Of a stretch of DNA of 64,000 bases, positions 1-13,050 are shown in pieces (the stretch's first letter is position 1; every line of letters starts with the position of its first letter). Source of the DNA: Octopus vulgaris (Eukaryota); assembly GCA_951406725.2 (NCBI GenBank), contig OX597825.1, positions 7,192,001-7,256,000 on the forward strand, read 5' to 3'. The position numbers and the translations under genes were made by a program. The notes below the pieces were generated by a model. That model searched no databases. It saw nothing but the letters and a program-made list of their open reading frames with translations, and had not been told where the DNA came from.

Positions 1-260
1 AGAATGTGTGTGAATGTATGTGCATGTGTGTGTGTGCATGAATGGGTGTGAATGTGTGCATGTGTGCAATGCATGTGTGTGTGTGTGTGTGTGTGTGCCA
101 AAAAAATTCTTCCATTATTAAATCAATATTTTATCCCAACTTTGATTAACTCTTTGTGATTTAGAAATGCTATTTGATGTTAACCATTTTTTTTTTTTTT
201 TTTTGAAGTTTCGGTTAGTTGTCTGACTCAGATAATAGTGATGATGATGATGATGATAAC

Positions 261-317
<57 letters not shown>

Positions 318-629
318 CATGATAGCACTACCTGTTTAGTTTTTTTTTTTTCTGTGATGGCAGGAAGAGTGGAACACATGTAGAAAGTGGCAAAGATTTA
401 AGAGCCACTGGTAACCTGCACCCTCTTTTAATGGAACAGATTGGAGAAGGCAGGGGTTAGGCTTTCTTCTCCAACAGTTCTCTAATCATTACCAGACAAT
501 GAACAACTTACACATTCTACTTCAAATGGTCGACTCACATAAAATTAAATCACGAATGTTGTTCGAATGGCTAATGACTGCCTTTAACGAGACATGCAGA
601 CACTTACATGAACACAACACACATGCTGA

Positions 630-860
630 TGCACACATATATATGTGTGTATATATATTATATATCTATATATCTATATAGATATACATATATATGTATG
701 TATATATATATACATACACATATATATATATAGATATACACACACATATATATATATATGTAAATATATGTATGTCTATGCATCTATATATATATATATA
801 TATATGTCTATCTATATATATATATACATAGATATATAGATGTGTATGTATGTATGTATG

Positions 861-891
<31 letters not shown>

Positions 892-1680
892 GTATGTATA
901 TATATGTGTGTATGCATGTAAATATATATATATATATATATATTTATGAAATATATGTCTGTTTATATATGTCATATACATACATACATACAAACATACA
1001 TACATACATACATACATGTGTGTGTGTATGCATGTATGTATATATGTATAGTCAATCACACATACATATATATTTCTGTCTCTCTCTCTCTCTCTCTCAG
1101 TCAAATCTTATTATTATTTTTAAAGCATATTATTTTAAAATAGAACCCAGCAAGACCTCTTGCTTTCAGAAAACGTCTCTCTTGGTTTACATTAAGACAA
1201 ATTCATGAGATCTTTGGATTTTCTTACTTAAGTAAACATGTAGAGGGATAACATTTTATATTGTAATGTAATATTATATAATATAATATGAAATATATGT
1301 GTGTGTGTGTGTATGTAGATATGTGTATGTGTGTGTCTCTAAGTGTATGTATATTACTGTGTTTGTGTATATGTATGCTGTGTATCTATGTCTTTGTGTT
1401 TCTATATATTTGTGCATGCATACACTTGCATCCACTCTATCTTTATCTCTCTCCCCCTCTCTTTCTCTCTTTCCCCTCTTTCTCTTTCTCCCCCTCTCTT
1501 TCTCTCTCTCCCACTCTTTCTCTCTCTCCCCCACTCTTTCTCTCTCTCCCCTCTCTTTCTCTCTCTCTCCCCCATCTTTCTCTCTCTCCCTCTCTCTTTC
1601 TCTCTCTCCCCTCTCTTTCTCTCTCTCCCCCTCTTTCTCTCTCTCCCACTCCTTCTTTCTCTCCCCTCTCTCCTTCTCTC
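630..1680. repeat. Compound microsatellite / low-complexity block: (TA)n, (TG)n, (TACA)n, then CT-rich degenerate tandem repeat
   Basis: Dinucleotide and tetranucleotide runs read directly; a ctctttctctctctcccc-like unit recurs at about 1440-1680. Confidence 0.95.
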
Positions 1681-2324
1681 ATATTCACATGTACACAAAA
1701 CGAAAAGTACAATGGAAATACAAAATGTGATAAAACTCGTATTATATTTTTTCCATTTTGAATTCATTTTGTTAAAAATGTTTATTTTTATCTTAATTCT
1801 TTTCCCCCTGCAAATGAAATTGTTTTTATAAATCTCCCTCCCCCCTTCTCCCCATTGTTCCCTCTTAACCTTTCATTTTTCATCATAATCATTGATTAGC
1901 TGTTGTCTTTGCAAATTCCAGACAAGATTTCGGCAGCAATCTCATTCCAAACTATTCTCTTTTGTTTCACTTTGTCTTTTAATATCTTTTTTCTTTTTCA
2001 TCCTGAGACAATCTTTTATATTAACAAGTCTCCTCATATGGTTTTGATGTGTAGATGTTACACTTCTGAACAAGAAAATGCTTTCCTACCTCTACCAATT
2101 TTACCATTTTTACTTCAAGTATTTCCAATAGATTTGGTGGAGGGGGCCAGTCAATAATATTGACCCCAGTATGCACTAAGTTTATTTCATGGAAATTAAG
2201 AAGACAAGCAGAGTTAACAACCTGAGTATTCATAGATCTTGAGTAAAAATGATCTGAAGCTCAAATTTTGCTGCTATTGTTTTTCTTCTAATTAGACCAG
2301 TTCTGTTTACTTTAATCTATTTGA

Positions 2325-2593
2325 TTATTATTATCATTCTGCTTCTTATCATTCAATAGTCTTATTTTTATCACTTGCTTTTCACTATACTACCAAGTGC
2401 AGCTCTGTATGCTTTGGGTATGTGCTGTGGTTTGTTGTGGTGCTCTTATTTTCACTGTACTGAAAGTGTTTTATGTAGGAATGTGTGCGGTGCCTAGTAG
2501 TGCTATTGTCTGTTATATTATATATATACTTGTAAGTCCTGGTGTTTTTGTTATGTATTTGTCTGAATGTTTTTTAATCATACCTAATGCACC
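2325..2593 (-). mobile_element. 3' end fragment of R4/Dong-like (RLE) non-LTR retrotransposon
   Basis: Reverse complement matches about 55795-56040 (the GALxMIKK...KTPGLT...IALLGTAHI coding end plus 3' UTR). Confidence 0.85.
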
Positions 2594-2614
2594 TGCCAGC
2601 TTGCCACCTTAAAA

Positions 2615-2832
2615 AATATTTTCTACTCTAGGCACAAGGCCCGAAATTTTTGGTGAGAGGGCCAGTTGATTAGACTGAACCTAGTATGTAATTGATACTT
2701 AATTTATCAACCCCTAAAGGATGAAAAGTAAAGTCGACCTTGGTGGAATTTGAACTCAGAACATATAGACAGACGAAATACTGCTAAACATCTTGCTCGG
2801 CATGCTAACAATTCTGCTAGCTCATTGTCTTT
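2615..2832 (-). mobile_element. SINE family A copy (tRNA-like head; central gactttgcctttcatcctttcggggtcgataaattaagtacc domain)
   Basis: Reverse complement of the family seen at 31660-31891. The central domain resembles the Meta/MESC SINE domain (from memory, unverified). Confidence 0.85.
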
Positions 2833-3680
2833 CACAATTGTTTCTTGATTGTTAATTTGGGAAGTTAGTAGGGTGAACATAAATTTACCAACCACTTTTA
2901 AATCATGGTACAGGGAATATTGACTCAATATAAATCTTCTCTTTCTCCATACTTCAAAATTTTATTTACTTTCCTTTCATATGGGTGTGCATGTGTGTTT
3001 GTGTGTGTCTATTTGTGTGTGTGTGTGTGTGAGAAAGCGTGTCTACTTGTATGTGTGTGTAAAACTCTTACAAACATCGGCTTTTCGTTAAAAAGATAAA
3101 TAAACAAAATAAGATATAAAACTAATGCCATTGTTATCACTTTTATCAACCAGCGTCTTTGTAAACTACATCTGGTCATTTACCAGGAATGAAAACCCCA
3201 TTTTCTGGTGAATGATCTTGTAGCAAGAATTGTATCAAAAACTGGAAAGTGTTTTCAACAATGAAGTAACATTTAGACATTTGATTCATTCAGCTTGTGC
3301 TTTTCAAAGCAATAAATAATCAATTTGTTGAAGTTACCCAACTGTAAGACACCAACGGTTTCTATTTGTATAAGGGATCTGAATGTGTATGGGAACTAAT
3401 TCAAAACAGTTTTCATAAGCTCCATATGTTTCCTTTAGTCACCTCTATTTTCACCTTAGTGGACGGACAGCAAATGACATACCTTCAATGTATTGAAAGT
3501 CTTTGAAATTTCTGTGAGAGAGATATATTCATATATACAGATCTACCGAGTAATATTTATCAACCAAATTATTATTTCATCTCGAAATATAGGGAATGTT
3601 AAATGAGATAGAAGACAGCAATCAATTAATTTAGTCCCACTGACCGCAACTTGTACATAACAGAATATTATTATTATTAC

Positions 3681-4042
3681 TATTACCTCCACCTTAGAGC
3701 AAAGGCAGAGGTTTTGCTTTCAGTTGTGTTTATTTGTCCATGGACAAGATATTTCAAGAACCGCTGGATGGTTTCAGATGAAACTTTCAGGGATGTTTAG
3801 GCTCATGACTGGCACACACTGATTAGATTTTGGCATCGATCTGGTATCGGACAAGGATTCTGGATTATTTTCCTGTGTTTTTTTTACTTAATTTCTTAGA
3901 GCGGTTGGGTTCATTTTTAGTATTCTTGTTTGTGAGAGCAATCGGGTTTATTTCAGATATTCCCATTTTAAAATCATCTCTGTCTAATTCTTGAGAGGAC
4001 GTTAGTGTTGCCTTGGTGGAGGTTTGCGCTGTCTGAGTGCTC

Positions 4043-4045
<3 letters not shown>
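3681..4045 (+). mobile_element. Non-autonomous Helentron-associated (HINE/DINE-1-like) element
   Basis: 5' ttacctccacc...ggcagaggt short inverted repeat; 3' ccttggtggaggt sub-TIR followed by gcgctgtctgagtgc hairpin; lies in (ATT)n. Confidence 0.65.
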
Positions 4046-4091
<46 letters not shown>

Positions 4092-4107
4092 CATTGTTAT
4101 TATTATT

Positions 4108-4338
4108 AAGGCAGTGAGCTGGCAGAAATGTTAGCACGCTGAGCAAAATGCTTTGCGGCACTTCATCTGTCTGCACATTTTGAGTACAAATTCTGCTGAG
4201 GTCAACTTTGCCTTTCATCCTTTCAGGGTCGATAAATGAAGTACCAGTTGTGCACTGGTGTCAATCTCATCGACTGGCCACCCCTGTCCACCAAAATTTC
4301 AAGCCTTGTGCCTAGAGTAGAAAAGATTATTATTATTA

Positions 4339-4393
<55 letters not shown>

Positions 4394-4570
4394 GGCAGTG
4401 AGCTGGCAAAATCATTAGCATGCCGGGCAAAATGCTTAGCAGTATTTTGTCTGCTGCTACATTCTGAGTTCAAATTCCACTGAGGTTGATTAAATAAGTA
4501 CCAGTTATACACTGTGGTCAATGTAATCGACTTAATCCCTTCCCCAAAATTTAAGGCCTTGTAGAAAGAA
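4108..4570 (+). mobile_element. Two head-to-tail SINE family A copies separated by (ATT)n
   Basis: aaggcagtgagctggca heads at 4108 and 4392, each followed by the family body. Confidence 0.9.
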
Positions 4571-4856
4571 TTATTATTATTATTTGACATTTAATAACTT
4601 CAGGTAAATTTCTATTGCATCACCTGCTTGTTCTTGTTTTGTTGTTGTTGTTGTTGAGAGAGTACAAACTCTTCCTGGTTTTATATTGTACCAGGTTGTA
4701 TTGTTAAGGGGTTTCGTTGCAGTCTTTTGTTGTATTAGTGTTTGTATTGTGTGTGTAATGTGAGTTGTGTTCTGTTGAGTATCCAACCCGCAAAGGACAT
4801 GTTAATTTGGGGGGATATTCACTGTATAGAGTGTGTTTGTGGATTGTTTTTTATTT

Positions 4857-5172
4857 GTGCTTAGTGGTTAGGGCATTCGGCTCATGATTGTAAGATCGTG
4901 AGTTTGATTCCCAGTGACGCGTTGTGTCCTTGAGCAAGACACTTTATTTCACATTGCTCCAGTCCACTCAGCTGGCAAAAATGAGTTGTACCTGTGTTTC
5001 AAAGAGCCAGCCTTGTCACACTCTGTGTCACACTGAATCTTCCTGAAAACTACGTTAGGGGTACGCATGTCTGTGGATTGTTCAGTCACTTGCATGTTAA
5101 TTTCACGAGCAGGCTGTTCTGTTAATCGTATCAGTTGGGATCCTCATTGTCGTAACCGACGGAGTGCTCCTA
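4857..5172 (+). mobile_element. SINE family D (tRNA head + gtgtccttgagcaagacactttatttcac domain)
   Basis: A-box-like tagtggttag and B-box-like gagtttgattcc; homologous to copies at 13722, 17966, 27830, 30220 and 31922. Confidence 0.85.
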
Positions 5173-6602
5173 CTACTGTTAAATCAATAGAGTCTTGCAT
5201 AGGATGTGGGCTGTTCCCTAACAGGGCTATTTTGGGGGGATTGTGTGTAGTGTCAAGGGTCAAAGTATAGTTTCTATGTTTTCGTTCATATGTTTTTGTT
5301 ATCATATTTAACCATCCATTCATTACTGGTATTGTCTTTACTTTTATGCCCCACATTCTTGACTACTTCAGTTTTGAGATTTTCTCCACTTTTTTTTTGG
5401 GGGGGGGGGGGCAGAAGAAAAATGAAAACCGAAACTCTGAAAATGGAAACTCTGAAAGCAAACTCTGAAAGCTGAATTCACAAGAGATAAAAATCTATAG
5501 AATTGAGACCATGCAATTACCAACCACTCCTGGCTTACTTTGTCATTTTTTTAATCACTTTCAGTGTAGATGTTAATTTAGGTATCAACTAATACACACT
5601 CAACAGATAATAATGTTTTTCGTAACTACTTTCCAATTTTTATACAATTAGCACTGAGCTGAAATGACAGTAAAAATGACAAAATAATCTTACCACTATT
5701 TTATTTAGCTCCTTGTCACAGAAAAATTAAACAGTTTTATTAACTTTTCAAAAGTGAAATGGCAGTTGCTTTTTTTCTTTCTTCTTTTCTTTCTTTCTTT
5801 TTTTTATTGAATAATTGAAAGAAAAGTTTCATGAGTATTGTTGGTGTGTTTTTTTATTCTTTTATTAACAATTTCTCAACTAAGAAATTTAGTGAAGAAA
5901 AGAAGCCATTAAAAAACTTAAGTTGAATTTCGTCACTAATCATATGGTATGTTTTTTAAAAAAATAGTTTTAGGAAAAAAGATTGCCTAAAGTGAAACTG
6001 TTGCGACTTCATTTTCTCTCAAATTGGAAAATATCTTTACAAATAGAAAACTCATAGTTTGCTTTCATTGAATATGTTCCTGCTGTAGTTTAGTAAAATA
6101 TATTTACAGTAAATAACCATTTAGTAATATTTAAAACTAGCACTAATTGGTAATGAAAAATTAATCAATTATTTATAATGATTTTTGTGATTGCAGTGGT
6201 TATTAACATCATTTGCTGCACCATAAACAATGAATTGTCTGAGTTATGGTGTTGAATCTACCATAGCATTATTGAATCTAAAGATTTATAGATGAAAATC
6301 TATACTACAGAGTTCTGTTTAGTTGGTTCTTGATAATCATATTTTATTTTTCATTGTTACAAAGACTTGATTTTTCTTTAACTTATAGACAAAAGAAAAA
6401 ACCCAAGTGATTTGAGCTGGTTAACAACTTTGACTTGTAGTAAAGATTGTTTGCCAACATAACATGGCAGTCTTGGTTTAGGACGAATGTTGCTGTAATT
6501 TAGCCCCAGGAGACATCATCTCTGGCTAGCTATACGACACGATCTGTGTCCTTTGATTTTCGAACAAGGGAATCTAGCACCCCAAATCAGTTCAAAACAA
6601 TA

Positions 6603-6647
6603 TCTGTGAATCCCGATTTCCAGGTTATTTCCCTTCATCAGCACAGA
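6603..6647 (-). ncRNA. Degenerate type I minimal hammerhead ribozyme motif within an inverted repeat
   Basis: Minus strand tctgtg-CTGATGA-agggaaataacctg-GAAA-tcggga-TT-cacaga; 6-bp stem I (tctgtg/cacaga); stem II register imperfect. Confidence 0.5.
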
Positions 6648-6709
6648 GTAGCCTCTAGCCAAACAATTATTCTGCGCTGATGAAGGGACAAAACCTAGAT
6701 CTCACGATA

Positions 6710-6755
<46 letters not shown>

Positions 6756-7221
6756 GCTACTGCTATTACTGCTGCTCCTAATATTACCACTATGCTAATT
6801 TCTGTCAATTCTAGTGCTGTTTTCCCCTCACCACTTGTTATTGAAAATCCTCCCACCACAACCACCACCCAACTGGTAGGTGACAGCTGTGGTAGGAGGA
6901 GGAGGGAGGAAGATGTTGTCAGCTTGGCATGTTGGGGATGATATATTCACTTTGGAATAATTGTGACAAAACGAAATGGCCAAGAAGAAGTTTGTAATCA
7001 GACGTGTCCTGAGTCTGATATTGCAGAATCATCTTGAGCAAGTACTTCATATCACACCCTCCGACTGACCAAAGTCTGTGAAATCAGAGAGAAGGAAACT
7101 GAGCTGAAGCCTTTCAGATGGATTTTTACCTGTGATTCAAATGAGCAGCTTCCTTGCACAGGATGTCATGCTGAGTCTGACTGAAGATTATGGGTCTGTG
7201 GAATACTCAACCATTTACATG

Positions 7222-7695
7222 TTAATTGAATGAGTTGCTAATTAAATGAACAGCTAATTGAATGAGGTTGCTAACTGAATGAGTTGCTGATTGAATGATC
7301 AACTAACTGATTGAGATGCCAATTGAATGAGTCACTAATTGAATGAGTTAAAGACTGAATGAGCTGTTAATTGAATGAGTTACTAACTGAATGAGTTGCT
7401 AATTGAATGAGTCACTCACTAACAGATTGAGACACTAATTGAATGAGTAGCTAACTGAATGAGTTGCTAACTGAATGAGTTGCTAACTGAATGAGTTGCT
7501 AACTGAATGAGTTTCTAATTGAATGAGTCACTCACTAACAGATTGAGACACTAATTGAATGAGTAGCTAACTGAATGAGTTGCTAACTGAATGAGTTGCT
7601 AATTGAATGAGTCACTCACTAACTGAATGAGTAGTTAAATGAAAGAGGTTGCTAATTGAATGAGTCACTAATCGAATGAGCTACTAATTGAATTC
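7222..7695. repeat. 16-bp minisatellite (ctaactgaatgagttg)n with a higher-order unit of about 116 bp
   Basis: Unit read directly; variant block gtcactcactaacagattgagacac recurs near 7410 and 7527. Confidence 0.95.
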
Positions 7696-7949
7696 CTTGA
7701 ACCATTGCGTCTTCCTTGTTAAGATCAACACAGATCTAATGACATTAATTTACGACAGAATTTACGACATTATTTTATGACAAACAAGTTCCAACATAGA
7801 CATCAGAATTTTAGAAGATATTTAAAAAGTAATTTTTATGGTAACATTTATCAAATATTTAATTGCTAAATTATTGGAAAGGATAAAATAAAATTTAGCA
7901 TAATATAATAACAGTAAAACTTAGGCATAATATAATCAAATAATTAGTA

Positions 7950-8150
7950 CAAAGCTAGCAGTTTTGAGCAAAGGGCTAAATAGATTACATTAGCCTCTTT
8001 GCTCAACTGGTACTAGTTTTATCAAAGCCAAAAGGATCAGAGGCAAAGTTGACCCCAACAGAATTTGAACTCAGAATGAAAAGATGGATGATATGCTGCT
8101 AAGGATTTGACCTGGCTTGCTAACTATTCTGGAAGCTTGCCATCGTAGCA
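7950..8150 (-). mobile_element. Diverged SINE family A copy
   Basis: ggcaaagttgacccc...gaatttgaactcagaa core in reverse orientation. Confidence 0.7.
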
Positions 8151-9089
8151 TAATATAATAATGCAAACTGTATTTTAAAATGGTATTTTGTTGAGCTTTT
8201 CAGGTTTGAAGAATAATATCAGTTTGTAAACTTCTTAGCAAAAATCTAATAGGGTGTCATGTCTAGTTTTAATTGGTTTCACTCTCACTTTTAAAACCAT
8301 TATTTTAAATTGTCAAGAATGGCCTTGAGTAAGTCAGAAACATCACGAAACCTAAGTTTTGTTTTAATAACAAATCTTATCAATTATGTTTATGTAGGAA
8401 AAAGAAAGGATTCTTTTCCAGAACAACATTTAATTGGTGTAATAGCAATCCAACTTGTCATTCGTATGTGACACTTGATTGATGGGTATTATGTTATAAA
8501 CATTGATTAATACAAAAGTATTAATATCCCTTACTTGCTTACTCCATCTGTCTCTGTGTCTCTGTCTCTCTCTCTCTCTCTTTCTCTCAACTTCCTCTCC
8601 TTCCTTGTTCTACTGAGGTAGCCAAGTATCTCCTTGGTAGTAAGAGGGCTACCTCTGTTGCTTTATCATACCCTAATCTCTTGGTTCCACTACCTCTGTC
8701 AGCTGAGAGGTCCTTTTCATGAGTGGTGGTGTCTCACGAAAAGCACCTGTGTTGATGCCACTTAAAGAGCAACCGTGCCAGTGCCACACACAAAGCCCCC
8801 ATGGTGGCGTAAATCTGTTGCCTGTTTATATTTGCACACTTTAACAGTAAGTACATGCAATGCCCTTGTTGTCAGTTCTCTTGTCGCCAATTTCTCCACT
8901 TGGTTTGTACCTTCGTAGACAAGTGAAACAAGAAATCCCTTGCTTAGAAAATAACCAGGTGATAAGAATGGCATTGGATTGTAAAATAATATATTCATCA
9001 CATCCATGCAAGCATGGAAGAAAAGAGTGGTCAAATAATGATGAACATCTATATATAAGTGTGTGAATATATATATATATATATATATG

Positions 9090-9398
9090 GTGGAGGCGCA
9101 ATGGCCCAGTGGTTAGAGCAGTGAACTCGTGGTTGTAGGATCGTAGTTTCGATTCCCAGTCCGGGCGTTGTGAGTGTTTATTGAGTGAAAACACCTAAAA
9201 GCTGCACGAGGCTCTGTTAGGGGGTGGTGGAGAACCCTGCTGTAATCTTTTGCCACAACTTTCTCTCACTCTTTCTTCTGTTGGCCTGCTTGCTTAGCCA
9301 GTGGGGTGGTGTCATTTGAAGGCTAAAACAATGCGAAGCGCATTGTGACCAGCGATGTGTAGCAACATCTGATAGCCTGGTCGGTCATGGTGATCACA

Positions 9399-9403
<5 letters not shown>
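9090..9403 (+). mobile_element. SINE family C (tRNA-derived head ggaggcgcaatggcccagtggttag)
   Basis: A and B boxes (tggcccagtgg; gtttcgattcc); homologous copy at 47057-47503. Confidence 0.85.
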
Positions 9404-9434
<31 letters not shown>

Positions 9435-9954
9435 GATTTATTCAATTATTGTAGTGTAAATCCACAATGAAAAGGAAGGCTAAGGTGATAAAATAACTGA
9501 AGAAATTGTTGATAGGTGTTATTTTAATAGAGTTTCAATTTATTTTTTGAAATTTTCACACTGTTTTTGTTCTGTAGCAGAGCAAATTCTAACAGAAGAA
9601 CACAGGAAACACCCAATTCAAGAAATGTGAGATATGAGTAGATGTTTCAAAAAAATGGAAAATACAATTCTACATTGGTACTAAATCAACAAATGCCAAA
9701 CAGTTGTTATTGCATCTATACACAAAGTCTAAACATGGTTGTGAAAGATTGGTCGAGGGGGGGGGGTGGAATCTCCAAGCGTATACAAACAAATAAATGT
9801 TGATGTTGTTTGAAATTTGTTTCACATTCGACTTGTTTTAAGAATTGTAACACTGACAAGTTTGACACGAAGATACAGACGGGAAATTAATTTCATGGAA
9901 ATTATTTCTTTTATTTTGCGTGTTTTGCATTTAAATACTGCAATAAAATATATA

Positions 9955-9997
<43 letters not shown>

Positions 9998-10082
9998 ATA
10001 CGTCTTCTCATACACATCTATAAATATATACATATAGATGATAGATAGATAGAGAGAGAGGGAGAGAGAGACGAATATAGGC

Positions 10083-10115
<33 letters not shown>

Positions 10116-11093
10116 TATACTTACATATATATATATATATATACATACATGCGCATAATTAAATAAATACATATATACATATGTATGTGCATATAATGTA
10201 TGTGTATATATATATCTGTATACATGTGTGTATATATATATGTGAATAGGTATATTCATATATACATATGTATATATATATATATACACATATATTTATA
10301 CACGTGCCCACATATGTATATATAACATACACGTATATATATATATATACTTTTATATATGTTTTATATATATATACATACACATACATACTCAAATGTA
10401 TATAATATATACATATAGATACATACATTCATACATACGTACATACATACATGCATGCAGATATATTGATGTTCATAAAATTACACACAAATTTATGTTA
10501 CATGTCTGAAAATACACATGTATTTGCTGTGCATCAAGTGCATATGCACATGTTCATACGTGCACATGTGCATGTTGTGTGCAGTAGAAATGTCTGTGTG
10601 TGGCCAGCTAAAATATTCTCCGTTTATTGATCATTATTTATTGGTGCTAAATTTTAAGAAAATAGTTGATGTTTGATTGAGTTGAGAAACGAGCTGTCAC
10701 TTCAACAGACAAGGGCAAGAAGGAGTAGGAGGAGGAAGAGGAGGAGGAGGAGGAGGAAGAGTAGGAATAGGAGGATGAGGAGGAGGAGGAGGATGAAATG
10801 CATTTAAATCAGATTTCCATTAGCAGAAAAATTTGGTTAACAAAAAAGAAATTAAAATGAATTAAACAGTGATTTTATTCGGAATTATAAAGAGAAAATG
10901 TAATCAAAATTGTAACAAAATAAAATAGTAAATCTGACAGTTTGTTGTATTAATTTTTCAAGTTTATCTCTTACACACATGTGCACACAGTCACACACAC
11001 ACACATTATATGTATATGCATATACTTATATGTAAGTATATGTATATATACTTATTCATCTATCTATCAATGAATATCAACATATATATATAC

Positions 11094-11460
11094 ACTACAC
11101 TCACAGAGTGGTTGGCGTTAGGAAGGGCATCCAGCTGTAGAAACATTGCCAGATAAGACTGGAGCCTGGTGCAGCCTTCTGGCTTCCCAGATCCCCGGTC
11201 GAACTGTCCAACCCATGCTAGCATGGCGAACAGGCGTTAAACGATGATGATGATGATGATATATATATATATATATACATATATATCATCATCATCATTA
11301 TCTAACGACCGTTGTCCATGCTGGTTGGTAAGCTGGAAGGCGTCATGGTTTTCTACAGCTGGATGACCTTCCCAATGCCAGCCACTCTGAGAGTGTAATG
11401 GGTGCTTTTATGTGCTACTAGCACAGGTGCCGTTTGTGTGGCACTGGTATCTACCACAAC
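11094..11460. mobile_element. Two tail-to-tail copies of RTE-tail repeat family E (+ 11094-11260, - 11286-11460)
   Basis: ggcgttaggaagggcatccagctgtagaa motif and (GAT)n tail, typical of RTE 3' ends. Confidence 0.8.
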
Positions 11461-11713
11461 TGCGATTTTGCTTGGCTTGATGGGTCTTCTCAAGCAGGAC
11501 ATAATGCCAAAGGGCTTGGTTATTGCCTCCTTGAGGTCCAACACTCTAAAGGAACTCGGCCACTTTGTCTCAGTGAGGCCCAATGCTCGAATGGTGCTCA
11601 TTATGTGCCACCGGCATGGCTATATATGTTTGTGTGTGTATGTGTGTGTGTGTGTGTGTCCACACATGTGTGTGCATGTGCTTGTGTATACATATTTATA
11701 CACACACATATTT

Positions 11714-11748
<35 letters not shown>

Positions 11749-11774
11749 CAACACATGTATATGTATGTATGTCA

Positions 11775-12160
11775 TCATTCAGTTTTTGAAGATTTCTGGC
11801 CAATAGAGAAAGAACTGGTTTCTAACATAGATTTCCTTCATTGGAAATCAACATCACAACAGGGTATTTTGTTTGTATGTATGTATGTATGTGCAGATTT
11901 GTATGTTTTATGTGTGTATTCTCATGCATAGAGTTACATATCTAGACATGCTCATTTATATTCAAATGATAAATTTCTGGAAAGTTTTACAGATTTTTAG
12001 TTCCAGTGATGGATTGGTTATGTAGTTTTCGAATTGGCTTTCTCCTTTCTGGTTTTGAGAAGCCTAATTTCTCAAGATTAGCATGTAGGTAGTGTTTTAC
12101 ATATCCCATGGCTCCAATAATTACAGGTATAAACCTGAACTTGTAATCTGGATAGGGTAA
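11775..12160 (-). mobile_element. 3' end of a second RLE-type (R4/Dong-like) retrotransposon family
   Basis: Reverse complement of about 45385-45775 (PDYKFRFIPVIIGAMG... and 3' UTR with (TACA)n). Confidence 0.85.
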
Positions 12161-12175
12161 CTATATGTATGTATG

Positions 12176-12717
12176 TTTGAGGGTAAGACAAAAAGTAATA
12201 CCATTTTGTTTAGGACAGGTATAATTACCAACACCGGAACATGTATCATACATCAAAACGAAGCTGGTCCTCTGTGGATTACATACCCACTTCTCAACAT
12301 AGTCACCATTTCCCTCAGTATCAATGTTCCTCCTTCGAATGAGAGCATGTATCCTTGACCTGTAAAATTCTGTTGACTGTTCTTTGAGCCACTTCTTCAC
12401 TACAGTTTTTCACTTCCTCCTCACTGGAATAATGTTTGCTTCTCAAACCCTCTTTCATGGGGCCAAAGAAATGATAGTCAAGTGACGAGGAGGTGAAAAC
12501 TGTAGTGAAGAAGTGGCTCAAAGAACAGTCAACAGAATTTTACGATGCTCTCATTCAAAGGTGGAACATTGCTATTGAGAGAAACGGTGACTAGGTTGAG
12601 AAGTAGGGATGTGATCCACAGAGGACCAGCTTCCTTTTGATGTATGATATATGTTCCTGCGTTGGTAATTACACCTGTCCTAAACAAAATAGCATTACTT
12701 TTTGACTCACCCTCGTA
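12176..12717. mobile_element. Palindromic non-autonomous mariner derivative (two inverted 3' ends)
   Basis: TIR TACGAGGGTGAGTCAAAAAGT with terminal TA at the right end; arms encode mariner C-terminal remnants DYHFFGPMKEGL / KKWLKEQSTEFY / NGDYVEK; arms about 250 bp. Confidence 0.9.
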
Positions 12718-12737
12718 TGTCTGTATATATATATATA

Positions 12738-12982
12738 TCATCATCATCATCGTTTAACGTCCGTTTTCCATGCTAGCATGGGTTGGACACTTCAACTAGG
12801 GTCTGGGAAGCTAGGAGGCTGTGCCAGGCCCAGTCTGATCTGGCAGTGTTTCTACAGCTGCCCTTCCTAACGCCAACCACTCCGAGAGTGTAGTGGGTGC
12901 TTTTTATGTGCCACCCGCACAGGTGCCAGACGAGGCTGGCAAACGGCCACGATCAGATGGTGCTTTTTATGTGTCACCGGCA
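12738..12982 (-). mobile_element. RTE-tail repeat family E copy
   Basis: catcatcgtttaacgtccgttttccatgctagcatggg...cttcctaacgccaaccactcc. Confidence 0.85.
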
Positions 12983-13007
12983 CACACACACACACATACA
13001 CACTTCC

Positions 13008-13050
<43 letters not shown>

